Positions 12,771-24,724 of a stretch of DNA of 64,000 nt are shown one piece after another. A program made the translations under genes and the position numbers. The notes under the pieces are model-generated. The model searched no databases. It had not been told where the DNA came from and saw only the letters and a program-made list of their open reading frames with translations. Source of the stretch: Octopus sinensis (Eukaryota); assembly GCF_006345805.1 (NCBI RefSeq), contig NC_043008.1, positions 74,462,001-74,526,000 of the forward strand. Reading direction: 5' to 3'. Position 1 is the first letter of the stretch; the number at the start of each line of letters is the position of its first letter.

Positions 12771-14939
12771 CACTGTGCAACACTTAAAAAAGTACAAGAG
12801 ATCTGTGGCCGTTTTTATATGCCAAATGACATGGGAAATCCATTTCTGGCCTTCTTTTTGTTGAATTAGGCATGGTTTCTACAGAATTGTCACTGTATTC
12901 CCTTTTTGTCATTATTATTAAATAAAATTCTCTATCGCATTGTAAAATGGGTTTCAGACCAGGGCTAGAGACCAATCTTAGTAACACCTACAATGTGATT
13001 CAAAGCTTGTGTTTAATGTTATTTTTTATCATTCAGATCTTATTTGTTTTCAACAATGAGTGCAAGACAGTGCAAAAATGGTCCAAACAGATTCTGTTAT
13101 ATCTGTGGGGAATTGACTTTTGCTATTTACATGCCATATCAAGAAAATATACAAGGCGTACTTCGATTTTTACTTAGGAGACCAGGATAAGTCATGGGCT
13201 CGTCATGTGTATTGCCTTACACGTGTAAAGACATTGAGTGCCTGGTATGCAGGAAAAAATGTTCGCATGAAGTTTGGTGTGCCAATGATTTGGCGTGAGC
13301 AGAAAGGTCACTAATGATTGCTATTTCTGTCATCAGGACTTTACAGGCTGTACTACAGCAAAGAAAAAGAAACATATTGTTTACCCAAATTTGCAATCAG
13401 CAATGTGCCCAGTAGAGTACACGGAAAATTTACCTGTGCCCAAACCTCCAGATCAAGAAATGCAGAGTTCCAGCAGTGCTGATGAACATTCCAGGGGTGA
13501 ATGTGTGGAGCCCAATGATTCAGAAAGCGGGAATAAACCGATACCATTTTCTCAAGAGACTCTAAATGACTTGTGCAGGGATCTCTATTTAACAAAAGAG
13601 AAAACTGTGTTTCTGGCATCAACACTTCAAGAACGTAATTGTCTTGAGAAAGGAGTGAAGATAACACTGTACAGAGGATCTGCTTGCATTATTCATCATG
13701 AAGGATGACTTATGCTTTTGTAATGACATCATTGAACATTTTGAGCAACTGGAAGTATCATATGATAAAACCAACTGGTGACTTTTCATAGATGCATCCA
13801 AGGACAGCATCAAAGCTGTTCTGCTACACAATGGTAACACTCTGCTTTCTATTACCATAGGTTATAGTACAACCATGAAAGAATCATACGAAAATCTGAA
13901 AGCAATTTTAACAAGCATACAATATGATGACCATACTTGGCATATTTGTGCAAATTTTAAGGTTTTGAACATGCTTACTGGCTATACTAAATTTTGCTGC
14001 TTCCTGTGCTTATGGAATTCCGGAGCAAGAGCTGAACATTATGTACGTAAGGATTGGCCGATCCGAGATGAAATTGAGCAAGGAAAACACAGCATAATGC
14101 ACAAATCACTTGTGAAAAGAGATAGAATTTTTTTTACCACATTTGCATATTAAACTTGGTTTGTTTAAGCAATTTGTGAAAGCCTTGGACAAGGAATCCT
14201 CCGCATTTGCATATCTTTCAGAAAAGTTCCCTTCCCTGAGTCAAGCTAAAATTAAAGAAGGTTTCTTCATAGATCCCCAAATTCGAACAATTGTACTTGA
14301 TGAAACCTTCATCACACATCTCAAGAGAAAAGAGAAGCTTGCCTTTAAGTCATTCAAGAAAGTTTGCAATAACTTCCTGGGCAACCATCGTTCAGAAGAC
14401 TGTGTGCCAGTTGTGAATGAACTGCTGAGTCATTATCATGACATGAGATGTAACATGTCTCTAAAAGTTCATGTACTTCACTCTCCTTTAGACTTTTTTG
14501 CGGAAAATCTTGGTGATATGAGTGATGAACATGGTAAAAGATTCCATCAGGATATTTCAGCGATGATTCAAAGGAAAATGGTACTCTGCCATGTTGGCAG
14601 ACTACTGCTGGGGTATAAAAAAAGATCACACTCCGCACAAGAAGCTTAGAAGGACAAATGTTGTTTAAACTGAAAGGTGTGTTTTCAATTCATATCCAAT
14701 ATGTTTTGTTATACCTACTAAATTTTTGTTTTGTGTTTTGTAACTTTAAGTATTTGCAATGTTGTGTTCATTACGCAATATTATGCAGTATATTATTAAA
14801 CATATGGTTCATGGCATAGGAAAAGAGTAACAAATCTGGAGAAATAAAGGTCAGAATCAGAATCAGGACAATTTTTTGACCCAGAAACAAGTCTTACTTA
14901 ACTTGTACTGTTTTTGAACCTGAAATTTGTTGCGCATTG
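12771..14939 (+). mobile_element. Full-length Chapaev3-type (CMC superfamily) DNA transposon
   Basis: Termini cactgtgcaaca and rc caatgcgcaaca (10/12 identical), ATA on both flanks, internal transposase pseudogene. Confidence 0.85.
13056..14650 (+). pseudogene. Chapaev3 transposase with several frameshifts and stops
   Basis: Motifs FCYICGE, GDQDKSWARH, WREQKGH/NDCYFC, FIDASKDSIKAVLLHNGN, HIKLGLFKQFVKAL, LDFFAENLGDMSDEHGKRFHQDIS, spread over ORFs 13120-14649. Confidence 0.9.
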
Positions 14940-15039
14940 ATATACACTCATATACCTCAACTATTTAACATTAGAAATAAACACATACTCACATACAAGT
15001 ACCACACCACCTCCAGTCATGTGATGTACTCAGCTAGAA

Positions 15040-15680
15040 CCCTTTATCCTTAGCATCGATTGGACTGCATGCCAAAGTCTAGCCTTTTCTTCCGGCCCAG
15101 AAAACAGCAGCGGCTGACGCTCTACCCGTATCAAGTGTGGCCCAAAATACATCTGGAACGATGCAGCCACAATACATATACACTCAGAACAGCGTCCAGA
15201 GAAGGGCCTCTCGACTAACCAGAACTCGCTCAATAACGGAAACGTTCCTGCCTCTGGCACACTGGCATATTACATATCCCCCCCTCTCTCTCTCTCTCCC
15301 TATCTATCAATCTATATATCTCTATCTCTACCTCTCTCTTCTCTTTTTTTCTGACACTACTATGATGGCCTCTATTCCTCGAAGCTGACTTGTCGTGTAA
15401 CTCCATCATTCATGCACTCCAAATATGCACATCTTTCCACCTCTCGTTTCTCTTGCTGAATTCAACACACTTGGCACAACGCTAAACACAATGTCCACTC
15501 TAGTCCAATCATTCATCCCCTTAATGTCAACCTTCTGGAATTTTCGTCCTGTTCATATTTAGCCTGCTTATGTTAACTTGCTACAAATGAAACAGAACAT
15601 TAATGGCATTAATCTCACCCGTCTCTGAGGCCCTGTTAATACCGTGGACAATGCCCCTACTTCAGACTCTACAATTAAAA
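15040..15680 (+). mobile_element. CR1/L2-type LINE 3' fragment, degenerate
   Basis: Broken translation QRLTLY..QVWPK..HIWNDAA..NSVQRRASRL resembles the RT C-terminal LE.VQRRA.R motif; followed by KQNINGINLTRL*. Confidence 0.65.
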
Positions 15681-15754
15681 ATATGTGTGCACAGTAATGT
15701 ACCCATTACTGAGATTTGCTACTATTGATCAATATATCAGATGTATTCACCGAG

Positions 15755-15815
15755 TGTGTGTGCGTGTGTGTGTGTGTGTGTGTATACACATACAGACACA
15801 CACACACACACGCAC

Positions 15816-15868
<53 letters not shown>

Positions 15869-15870
15869 AC
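15755..15870. repeat. (TG)n/(CA)n microsatellite
   Basis: Direct reading. Confidence 0.95.
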
Positions 15871-17039
15871 ATTTTGATCTTACACAAAAAGCAGCTGAAA
15901 AGCGATGTGTGGGCGTATGTCTAAAATTTATGAACATTTATCTATGTATATATTTACATATACATTCATATATACACGCACCTAACTCTATCGTTTATTA
16001 AAGTATCGTTTGTTTCCGCATGATTTCTTACCGCTGGTTAAAATAAAATATCCTTATTATTATTATTATTATTATTATTGTTATTGTTGTTGTTGTTGTT
16101 GTTGTTGTTGTTATTATCTCCATCATCATCATTATTATAAGAAGTAACAACCGTTATTTTACTTTAATTTTTAATATCATTATTACCATCAACAGCACCG
16201 TCTTTATTATTTTACTACATTTCTGCTAGATTTATTATTTAACTCTTCACTATTAACAATTGCAATAAACCATGGAGAAAATAAAAATAAAATGAAAGTT
16301 GAAATAACAGGGAATGGTCCATAAATTCTGTGCTTTATTTCTGCATGAAGCAATATTTGTTTGTATTAGTGTATTACAAAAACGGCAGTAGCAGTAACAA
16401 TAACAACAACAACAACTCCACGATTAACAACAACAGCAATAACGTCAATAGCAACAACAGTAACAAAATGACCAATTGGTAAATCTAATGGTTTCAGGTT
16501 TGTTTAGTTTCTAAAATGCCTACTGAAACCGCTGCTAGAAGTCTCCGCCATTGCCTCTTTAACAGCTACAGGTGGTTTCTTTCAAATTAATTTACTAATC
16601 GAGAAATGAAGCAGTTTACTTCATACAAAAATTTTGGGATGATTGTGGGGCACGGTTGTTCAGTCGTTAATAGATGTATTGGCGCAGTGGAAAGCCTGTT
16701 TTGCTCTTTTAAAATGTAGTTCTAAGTGTTCTAATTTCGAATCATTCCAAGGACTGATTTCTCTTTTATTTTGTTCAAAGTATACCAGTCATTTAACTGT
16801 GAGTAACCTAATTTTTACCAATTTTACAGTTCCTTTAACATTTCTAGACTTATGCACTATTAAAGGTATATACGCAAGAATAAAGAGGAGTGATAAAATA
16901 TAGAAATGTTGGTGCTCCTAATCAATCTGCAGTAGAAAATAGTTGACTTCATTTGCTTAGGAAAAAGTGATGCATGTTACACACTCCTTTTTGAAATCTC
17001 TAGCATGCATATAATATATACTCGTGCTTTATCCTTTAA

Positions 17040-17398
17040 GGTGTTATGCAACGATCCATTCATGTGTTTAGCATTTTGTAATCATCGGTATCCATCAATG
17101 GATTATGGATCCTCTTCGCCTACACGTGTCTGATTCTAGCAGAATGTGCATTCTATTCTCTTCACAACTGCTGCTTGGCCACCACAATATGTTAGTGGTT
17201 AACACAGTATTATAAACTGGCGAAACCGACGTCGGTCTGCTACAGCCGCCAATACTTAAAGTGGTCATATATATAACCACTAACAATGTGACTGTTGATG
17301 CTTCCAGGCGTCAAATATATAGCCACAGTCACCAATGCTGTTGTTGTGGCATTCTGTAGTCACATATATGATCCCCACACCACTGTACTTATATATCT
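17040..17398 (-). mobile_element. RTE-type LINE 3' coding remnant
   Basis: Minus strand resembles the RTE C-terminus (F.GHC.R..TNILWWPSS...); heavily decayed. Confidence 0.5.
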
Positions 17399-17720
17399 GG
17401 CACGCCATCGATTACGACAACGACGATTCCAATTGATCCAATCAACGGAACAGCCTGCTCCTGAAGTTAACGTGCAAGTGGTTGAGTACTCTAAACACAC
17501 GCTTCCACTTAAAGTTATTCCCGGAGATATTCAGTGTGATATAGGAGGTGACAATTCTGGCCCTTTGAAGTACTGGTACTAATCATTTTTGCCATCTGAG
17601 TAGACTGGAGTAACTTGAAATAAAGTGTGTTATTCAAAGACACAACGAACCGCCGGGAATAGATCTCACGACCTTGCGATCGTCACCCGAATACTCGAAC
17701 CACTGAGCCACACGCCTTCA
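17399..17720 (-). mobile_element. SINE family C
   Basis: Tail block (gatcaacggaacagcctgctc..ttaacgtgcaagtgg) shared with 54380-54505 and 61425-61800; tRNA-like head (aaccactgagccacacgcc) on the minus strand. Confidence 0.75.
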
Positions 17721-18185
17721 CACTGTACTTTTATACAGCTTTTGACATCAAGGAAACCTCTACACGGTGACTGAAGATAGCACCGAGTATTTCTTCTGGT
17801 TAATCTCGTTAGCGCAGACAAAATAGAAAAAGCATGCTAGACAATATAGTCCCCAGTATACAAAAAGGCTGAATGATCATGGTTACAAGTCGGCGAACAT
17901 ATCTCCGTTCAGTCAGGGATGACTAGTGGTTAAACAAAAGCACCTAACATGTAGGTGGATGGACTTCACTGTTGATAGTCAATTGTCTTAGTGATGCATA
18001 TAGTTAAGTATTGTAGTCACAAGACGAACCATTGATATTTCGGCTGGTTGTGAGATATTCATATACATTAGGACAAGTAGTTCTACAAAAAGATATAATG
18101 GAAAGATACTAATGTGATGTGACTGTTCTACGGGTTGGTTGCTTCAAAGACTGAAACACTTATGCATTTCTCACTAGTACTAGCA

Positions 18186-18310
18186 AAGTAGTTAGCTCAC
18201 CTGGCAAAATGCATAGCGGCATTTCTTCTAGGTTTATGTTCTGAGTTCAAATTCTGCTGCAGTCCATTTTTTTTTTTTTGCCTTTCATCCTTTCGTGGTT
18301 GATAAAATTA
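18186..18310 (+). mobile_element. SINE family B, partial
   Basis: gcaaaatgcatagcggcatttc..gttctgagttcaaattctgc..gcctttcatcctttcg..gataaaatta. Confidence 0.75.
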
Positions 18311-18353
18311 TGTTTCATTTCTGTCTATAGTAGAAAAGATTATTATTATTATT

Positions 18354-18445
<92 letters not shown>

Positions 18446-18449
18446 TAAT

Positions 18450-18690
18450 GAGGCGGCGAGATGTAGAATCGTTAGCATGCCGGGCAAAATACTTCGCGGC
18501 ATTTCGTCTATCTTTACATTTGAGTTCTATTTTCCGCCAAGGTCTTCTTTACCTTTGCCTGTTAGGAGTCGATGAAATAAGTAACTTCTCGGGATCGATA
18601 AAATAAGTAGCAGTAAAGTACTGGGATCGATGTAATCGACTTACCCCCTCTCCATAACTGCTGTCATTGTGCCAAAATTTGAAAGCATTA
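18450..18690 (+). mobile_element. SINE family B
   Basis: aggcggcgag..gaatcgttagcatgccgggcaaaat..ggtcgatgtaatcgacttacccc-like segments; matches the other copies. Confidence 0.8.
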
Positions 18691-18730
18691 TCGTCATCAT
18701 CATCATCATCATCATTATTATTGATTGATT

Positions 18731-19260
18731 GAGAGACCAATGCACGCCATCATAATGACATTGGGGTACAAATATACGAAGCCTAGTATTCCTATCATGA
18801 CTACCCGTCTGACAAAGGTAGACCAGACACATGCACTGCAACCATATGTGCGCGACATGGTGATCTCACATCAAGATAAATAGCGCATGACCTTGCAAGT
18901 GGGGCCCAGATAACATTTTCTTCAAGCTGAGTAGCCCATCCCACTCGAAAGGTCCCTGAATGAGTGTTATTTAAGGATGTTGAACGAAACAGCCATGTTT
19001 TCAGAGGTGAATTATTCAAACTTCAAAGAATTCCTCTTAACCCATGACTACGATCCTGACCACTACATCTTGTCGTGATCAGAAATGCACATATTGTCAG
19101 TCACTAAGAGACATGCTCAACTGGTTAAGGTCAAGCAGCTGACAATCAAATCTTTGCTGTAGTCCATCTTTTACACCAAGGCAAAACCATATACATGATG
19201 ACTTCCAATTAGTTAATACCAGAAGCCATGAGATCCACTCTCCGATACTGCATTAGGGCA
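18731..19260 (-). mobile_element. ~530-bp non-coding interspersed repeat, copy A
   Basis: Aligns with 19279-19832 and 46856-47357 along its length; strand inferred from the (AAT)n tail. Confidence 0.8.
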
Positions 19261-19278
19261 ATTATTATTATTATTATT

Positions 19279-19831
19279 GAGTGAGAGAGCAGTGCATGCC
19301 ATCAAAGTGACACCGGGGTAAAATATACGAAGCCCAATATACCCATCATGACTACCCGTCTGATAAGGGTACACCAGGAACATGCATCACAACCATATGT
19401 GCGCGACATGGTGATCTCATATCAAGATAAACAGCACATGACCTTGCAGGTGGGGCCCAGTTAGAATCTTCTTCAGGTTGAGTAGCCCATCCCGCACAAA
19501 AGGCCCCTGAATAAGGGTTGTTTAAGGATGTTGAAAGAACCACCCATGTTTCCAGAGGTGAATTATTCAAACCCCAAAGAATCCCTCTCAACACATGGCT
19601 ATGATGCTCCCCCACTACTTCTGCTCGTGATCAGAGATGCACATATCGTCAGTCACTAAGGGACATGCTCAACTGGTTAAGGTCAAACAACTGACAAGCA
19701 AATCTGTGGTATTGAGCAGAATATTTGCTGTAGCCCATCTTTTATACCAAGACAAAACAATGTACATGATAACACTTCCAATCAGTTAAGATCAGAAGCC
19801 ATGAGAGCCACTGCCTTGTACTACATCAGGG

Positions 19832-19832
<1 letters not shown>
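19279..19832 (-). mobile_element. ~530-bp non-coding interspersed repeat, copy B
   Basis: gagtgagagagcagtgcatgccatcaa...catcagggca, with (ATT)n on both sides. Confidence 0.85.
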
Positions 19833-19902
<70 letters not shown>

Positions 19903-19966
19903 TATTATTATTATTATTATTATTATTTATTATTATTATTATATTATTATATTATTATTATTATTA

Positions 19967-20002
<36 letters not shown>

Positions 20003-20110
20003 CATTATTATTATCATTATTATTAGTAGTATTATTATGGTGATGATAATGATGATTATATTGATGATGACGACGACGACGAACGGGATGATGATGACGA
20101 AAACAAATTA
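19833..20110. repeat. (TTA)n grading into (GAT)n/(GAC)n
   Basis: Direct reading. Confidence 0.95.
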
Positions 20111-20646
20111 GACAACGATAATGACGTTGATGTCGAAGATAACAGTGTTTATCATTGTGACAGTTTGAACAATTGCATTCGTGTGAAAGAAGTGGAGTAA
20201 AGAAGATTTGCTGTACCAGTACATGACTGGTACTTTAATTTATCGATCCTGACATAGTTAATACGTAGTGAGATTTGAAATCAGTAGCAGGAAGATCATA
20301 ACTCGTTGCTATGGGACATTTCTTCCTTTTGTTCTATTATGCGATGGTTTTGCTATGTTTTCAAGATGTACATGTACATTAAAGAAATTTTGTCGGCATT
20401 AGCATGTCTGTATTATGGAAATATCTTATATCCATTGGTACATTGGTTTTTCTGAGTTTCTTGTGTATTGTTCATTATACTAATTGGTTCACAAATACCC
20501 TCGAAGAAGATGCAATATTGCAGACATTGTTAACAAGAATATCTAACAGTAACATACCTAATGTGAAGGTTACATTTGGTTAGATCTTTGATTCGGAACT
20601 GAGAAGAAATACTTTGAATTGATAAACAGAATGGAGGATCAAACCA

Positions 20647-20714
<68 letters not shown>

Positions 20715-21139
20715 TCTCTGAAACATGATAGTAAAATGATAGTCCAGATAATGATATTGCGGTTTAAAAAATAAGGCAAGGAAAGTATCAGAGTCTGTCA
20801 GTGGCTATTACACTGTCAGTCAACAAAGTTACTTCGGCGTTTGGGTAAGTTACTGCGGTGTGAAACATCAAGACTACGGAATAAATGCGTAGTTCGTGTG
20901 CCTTTGGTGAGATACAGTAGCATACATTACACCAACGTACTGTCAGCCAACTGACTTTTCATCTTAACGTTACAGGCAGCGGCAATGTAAGTTACTGGCT
21001 TTAAGAATCCTTGACGGGTAGGATTGATTAGTTACTTTGTGCTTAAATGCGAAAAGTGAACTGTACAGAAGAAAGGGGCTTAAAGATTACCAGGATCTAA
21101 TGTCAGCTTTCAATCCCTCGTCTTATCTATATCCGTGCC

Positions 21140-21885
21140 GGATATGGCTATGGATCACTAAAACTGACTTAGAGGCTCCAACCTGTACTGCCCAAGAGCA
21201 AACATTAAGAACCAATTACATCAAATAGACAACACATCAGAAAGTGGTAAGTGCAGAATTTGAGGGCAAAATGGTGAAACCGTATGGCATCTTACCAGCC
21301 AATGTACCCCACTAGCCCAGAAAGAATATAAGTGGCGTCATGACAATATAGTAAAGATTGTTCAGTGGACACTTTGCAATAAGTAAGGACTTGACAGAGC
21401 AAAACAGTGTCACGAACATAAACCCGAAGGCATCATCGAAAATGATAATGCAAAGATCCTATGAGATTTTATGGTTCAGTATGACCATGAGATATGGAAT
21501 AGGAAACCAGACATAGAGTTAATTGAGAAAGAAAGAAAACAATGCTGGATCATAGATATAGCATGCCCAACTTACAACAACATATGCGATAAGGAAGAAA
21601 GAAAAGTCGATAGATATGACAGGTTAGCTTGGGAAGATAAGCATTGTTTTCGAGGAAAAAGCTGCTGAAACTCTGGGAAGTGTGAGTAAAAACTTTGAGA
21701 AGTACAAGAACCAAATAGGGGTTGTAATAAGGGTGGAACACATGCAGAAAACAGCACTGCTTGGAACCGCTCAAAAACTCCGGATGGTGCTCAGAAGAAA
21801 ATGGGTGTTACCTTAGTTCACTAGTAGTGAACAGCTGGAACCGTAGTACATCTCCAGCGTTAGAAGCTGTACAAAAACAATAAAT
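21140..21885 (+). mobile_element. R4/Dong-clade non-LTR retrotransposon 3' end (zinc knuckle and restriction-like endonuclease), pseudogenised
   Basis: AQEQTLRTNYIK, KCRI*G..ETVWHLTSQC, EYKWRHDNI, RKPDIELIEK..IIDIACP, QKTALLGTA; 3' UTR then (GAT/AAT)n tail. Confidence 0.9.
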
Positions 21886-21928
21886 AATGATGATGATGAT
21901 GATGATAATAATAATAATAATAATAATA

Positions 21929-21979
<51 letters not shown>

Positions 21980-22064
21980 GATGATGATGACGACGACGAC
22001 GACGATGATGATGATGATGATGATGATGGCGACAGCGACGACAATGATGATGATGATGATTGTT

Positions 22065-22155
22065 TCAAATTTTGACACAAGATCAGAAATTTGGGGAGAG
22101 GGATAGATCGATTTCATCGAAACCCAGTACTTATTTTATCGACCCCGAAAGGGAC
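22065..22155 (-). mobile_element. SINE family B 3' fragment
   Basis: gatcgatttcatcgaaacccagtacttattttatcgaccccgaaagg. Confidence 0.7.
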
Positions 22156-22189
22156 CTTGGAACAGCTGGAGGTAAATTTGTCCCTTAAA

Positions 22190-22640
22190 TACATCTACTC
22201 CTATTCCATGTAGTACCTCATAACATCAAACACCGCTCGGGACCTCGGTGTAACCGGCGGCAACAACTTAAGATGGAGTGTTCATATAAACAAAAAAGTC
22301 GGCATGGCCTGTAAGGCGTGCTCCTGAATTCCCGGGCCTTTTAGTTTTTGAAACGCACCTACCATTAACCTTCTGTTTTACATTTTCGCTTGTCCTCACC
22401 TTTAATGCTGCTGTCCGCTATGCTCTGCCTACACAAAAAAAATATAAAAATTGAAGCAACCCAGAAATCGATCACAAGAGAAATAGACATCAGACAGGTG
22501 TTTACTTAGTGGGATCGTTTCGTGGATCACAAACTTTATTCCTTCCAACACTTCTGCAAACATCGCCCAGATGATGTTGGCATCAACTTTAAAATTCATC
22601 AGGCTTGGTCTTGTGTCATTCGTCCTCTACAAAAGTCATA
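22190..22640 (+). mobile_element. CR1/L2-type LINE RT C-terminal fragment
   Basis: RDLGVT..NNLRWSVHINKKVGMA and IEATQKSITR-like translations. Confidence 0.75.
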
Positions 22641-22668
22641 CATACAGACATACATAGAAGAGCACATT

Positions 22669-22706
<38 letters not shown>

Positions 22707-22769
22707 CGTGTTTGTGTGCGTGAATGTGTGTGTGTGTGCGTGTGTGTATGTGAATGTGTGTGTGTGTAA

Positions 22770-24333
22770 CATTGGCAGCGGCAGCCTGGCTTCTGTATTC
22801 TAGGAAGCCATGTAATCACTATCCCAGTTTTTCGACTATACTGAGTCTCCGTACATTGTGATATATCAGTCCATGATCAACGTTTTCAAAGGCAACTTCT
22901 TCACGAACGGAAGCCATGCCGGGTGTCAGAAAGCAAGTCATTACCTTCTAGGGACTTGATCAGCTTCCTTCTGATAATGCACTCCATAACTTTGCTGACA
23001 TGTGAGGCTAGAGAGACAAACTAACAATTTTTAGCGTCTGTTCTGCTACTTCCTCTACAGATAGGACGCATGATGCCGTCCTTTAACTTTCTGTGAAATC
23101 TTCCAGTTGCAAGGAAGTTTTAGATAAGGATGTGTTGTGGTTTTGCTAGAGCTTCTGTGCATTTTTATAGGAGGATTACAAAGAATCCATTAGTGCCCGT
23201 GACTGAGTTAAGCTCATTTCATCAGTGGATAATATTACATCACCTTCCTTTATTTCGACTTATTCAATAACTGCCATGTTTTTGTGTAGATCAGGAGTGT
23301 TGAAGAACTCAATATGTATTTGAAAGTATCTCAACGGAAATATAAAAACACATTTGCATTACACATTAAGTATTTTATTTCTCCCCTAAGAGGTCTGCAG
23401 TCAGTAAGCCATTTTCTTCAGACAATGATCCTACTTTGTACCGTGGTAAAGCTGACTTATTTGCAGATCTACAGAAGTTTTCAGGGCCTGCTTTTATAAT
23501 TTTTACAATCATAGCTTCTTTCTCTGCCCTCTCCTTTTTATAAGGGTGTTAGATTTAACTTTCATTGTCAAGCAATGTTTAATTCAAATAGGATTATTCG
23601 GTAATATTTAGCGGCCCACTTGGACGGTCTGAGATCTTTGTTCGTCGTCACACAACAAGGTTCGTATCACTAGGAATTGTTCTCTCAGGAGCCAACTTAC
23701 TGCATATATCATGCATGACTGTCCTAAAATGCTGTAGCTTTGTCAATATCTTGAGTAGAGATACCGCTAGACCAGTTATTTCATGATCGATTTCTCAATA
23801 CTCTTCCAATCAGCTTTATGAAAGTCCAGCTGGAAACTTATTGGGTGCTTCTAGTAGCCTGCACGTCTTCAGTTTTCTGCGGAAGATGCATTTTGACTTC
23901 TGTTAATTTATGGTCCGAGGAAATCATCGGTGTCACCTTAACATTATGTATGAGTGCCGTGTTATTAGTGAAGCAGAGGCTCAGAGTATTTTTACCCCTT
24001 GTTGTGTAAAAAGAAAATCATGTTTGCGAGATCGAGTAGAGTCTCTGCTTGCCTCTGTCCATGCCTCAAAGGCGACCGTCACGCCATTCGACACTAGAGA
24101 TGTTGAAATCTCCTAGAAGTATTTGATTGTTGTTAACTAGGATGTTTAATACGTCTTCCATCTTTTTGAGGCTCTCTTCGAATGGGTCCTTATGACTTGG
24201 AGAATCTGGCGAGGAATATGCTATATATATTACCATTTTGATTAGTTTAATGTGTACTATCAGAATGTCACAAACTGAGTTTGAGTGTGACATTAGGACT
24301 GCAAGCGTGCCATCTTCCCGTATATACATGAGG
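22770..24333 (-). mobile_element. CR1/L2-type LINE ORF2 remnant (APE endonuclease through RT)
   Basis: ORF 24066-24404 ends LLGDFNISSVEW (APE GDFN motif); further on SHVSKVMECII..HGFR and F.NVDHGLI (RT motifs). Confidence 0.8.
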
Positions 24334-24533
24334 AATTTTGGCACAAGACCAGCAATTTTGATAGGGGCAAATCGATTACATCGACAACAGAACTTAAACG
24401 TCACTTATTTTATCCACCCCTAAACTACGAAAGGCAAAGCTGACCTAGGCAGAATTAGAACGAAAAGACGGACGAAACGGCACTGGACATTTTGCCCGCC
24501 CAGTGTGCTAACGATTCTGCCAGGTCGTTGCCT
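24334..24533 (-). mobile_element. SINE family B
   Basis: ggcacaagaccagcaatt..gattacatcgac..gaaaggcaaag..gctaacgattctgcc. Confidence 0.75.
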
Positions 24534-24624
24534 ATCAGTTTATCTATATATATATCTAGCTATCTATCCATCTATATTCGTGTGTGTATGTATGTATATA
24601 TATGTATATATATGTATGTATATA

Positions 24625-24724
<100 letters not shown>

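Noticed and set aside
16500-16570. Minus-strand ATGGCGGAG start (MAETSSSGFS) or YY1-like ccgccatt
   Set aside because: The ORF closes after 15 codons, the donor is weak, and there is no other promoter evidence.
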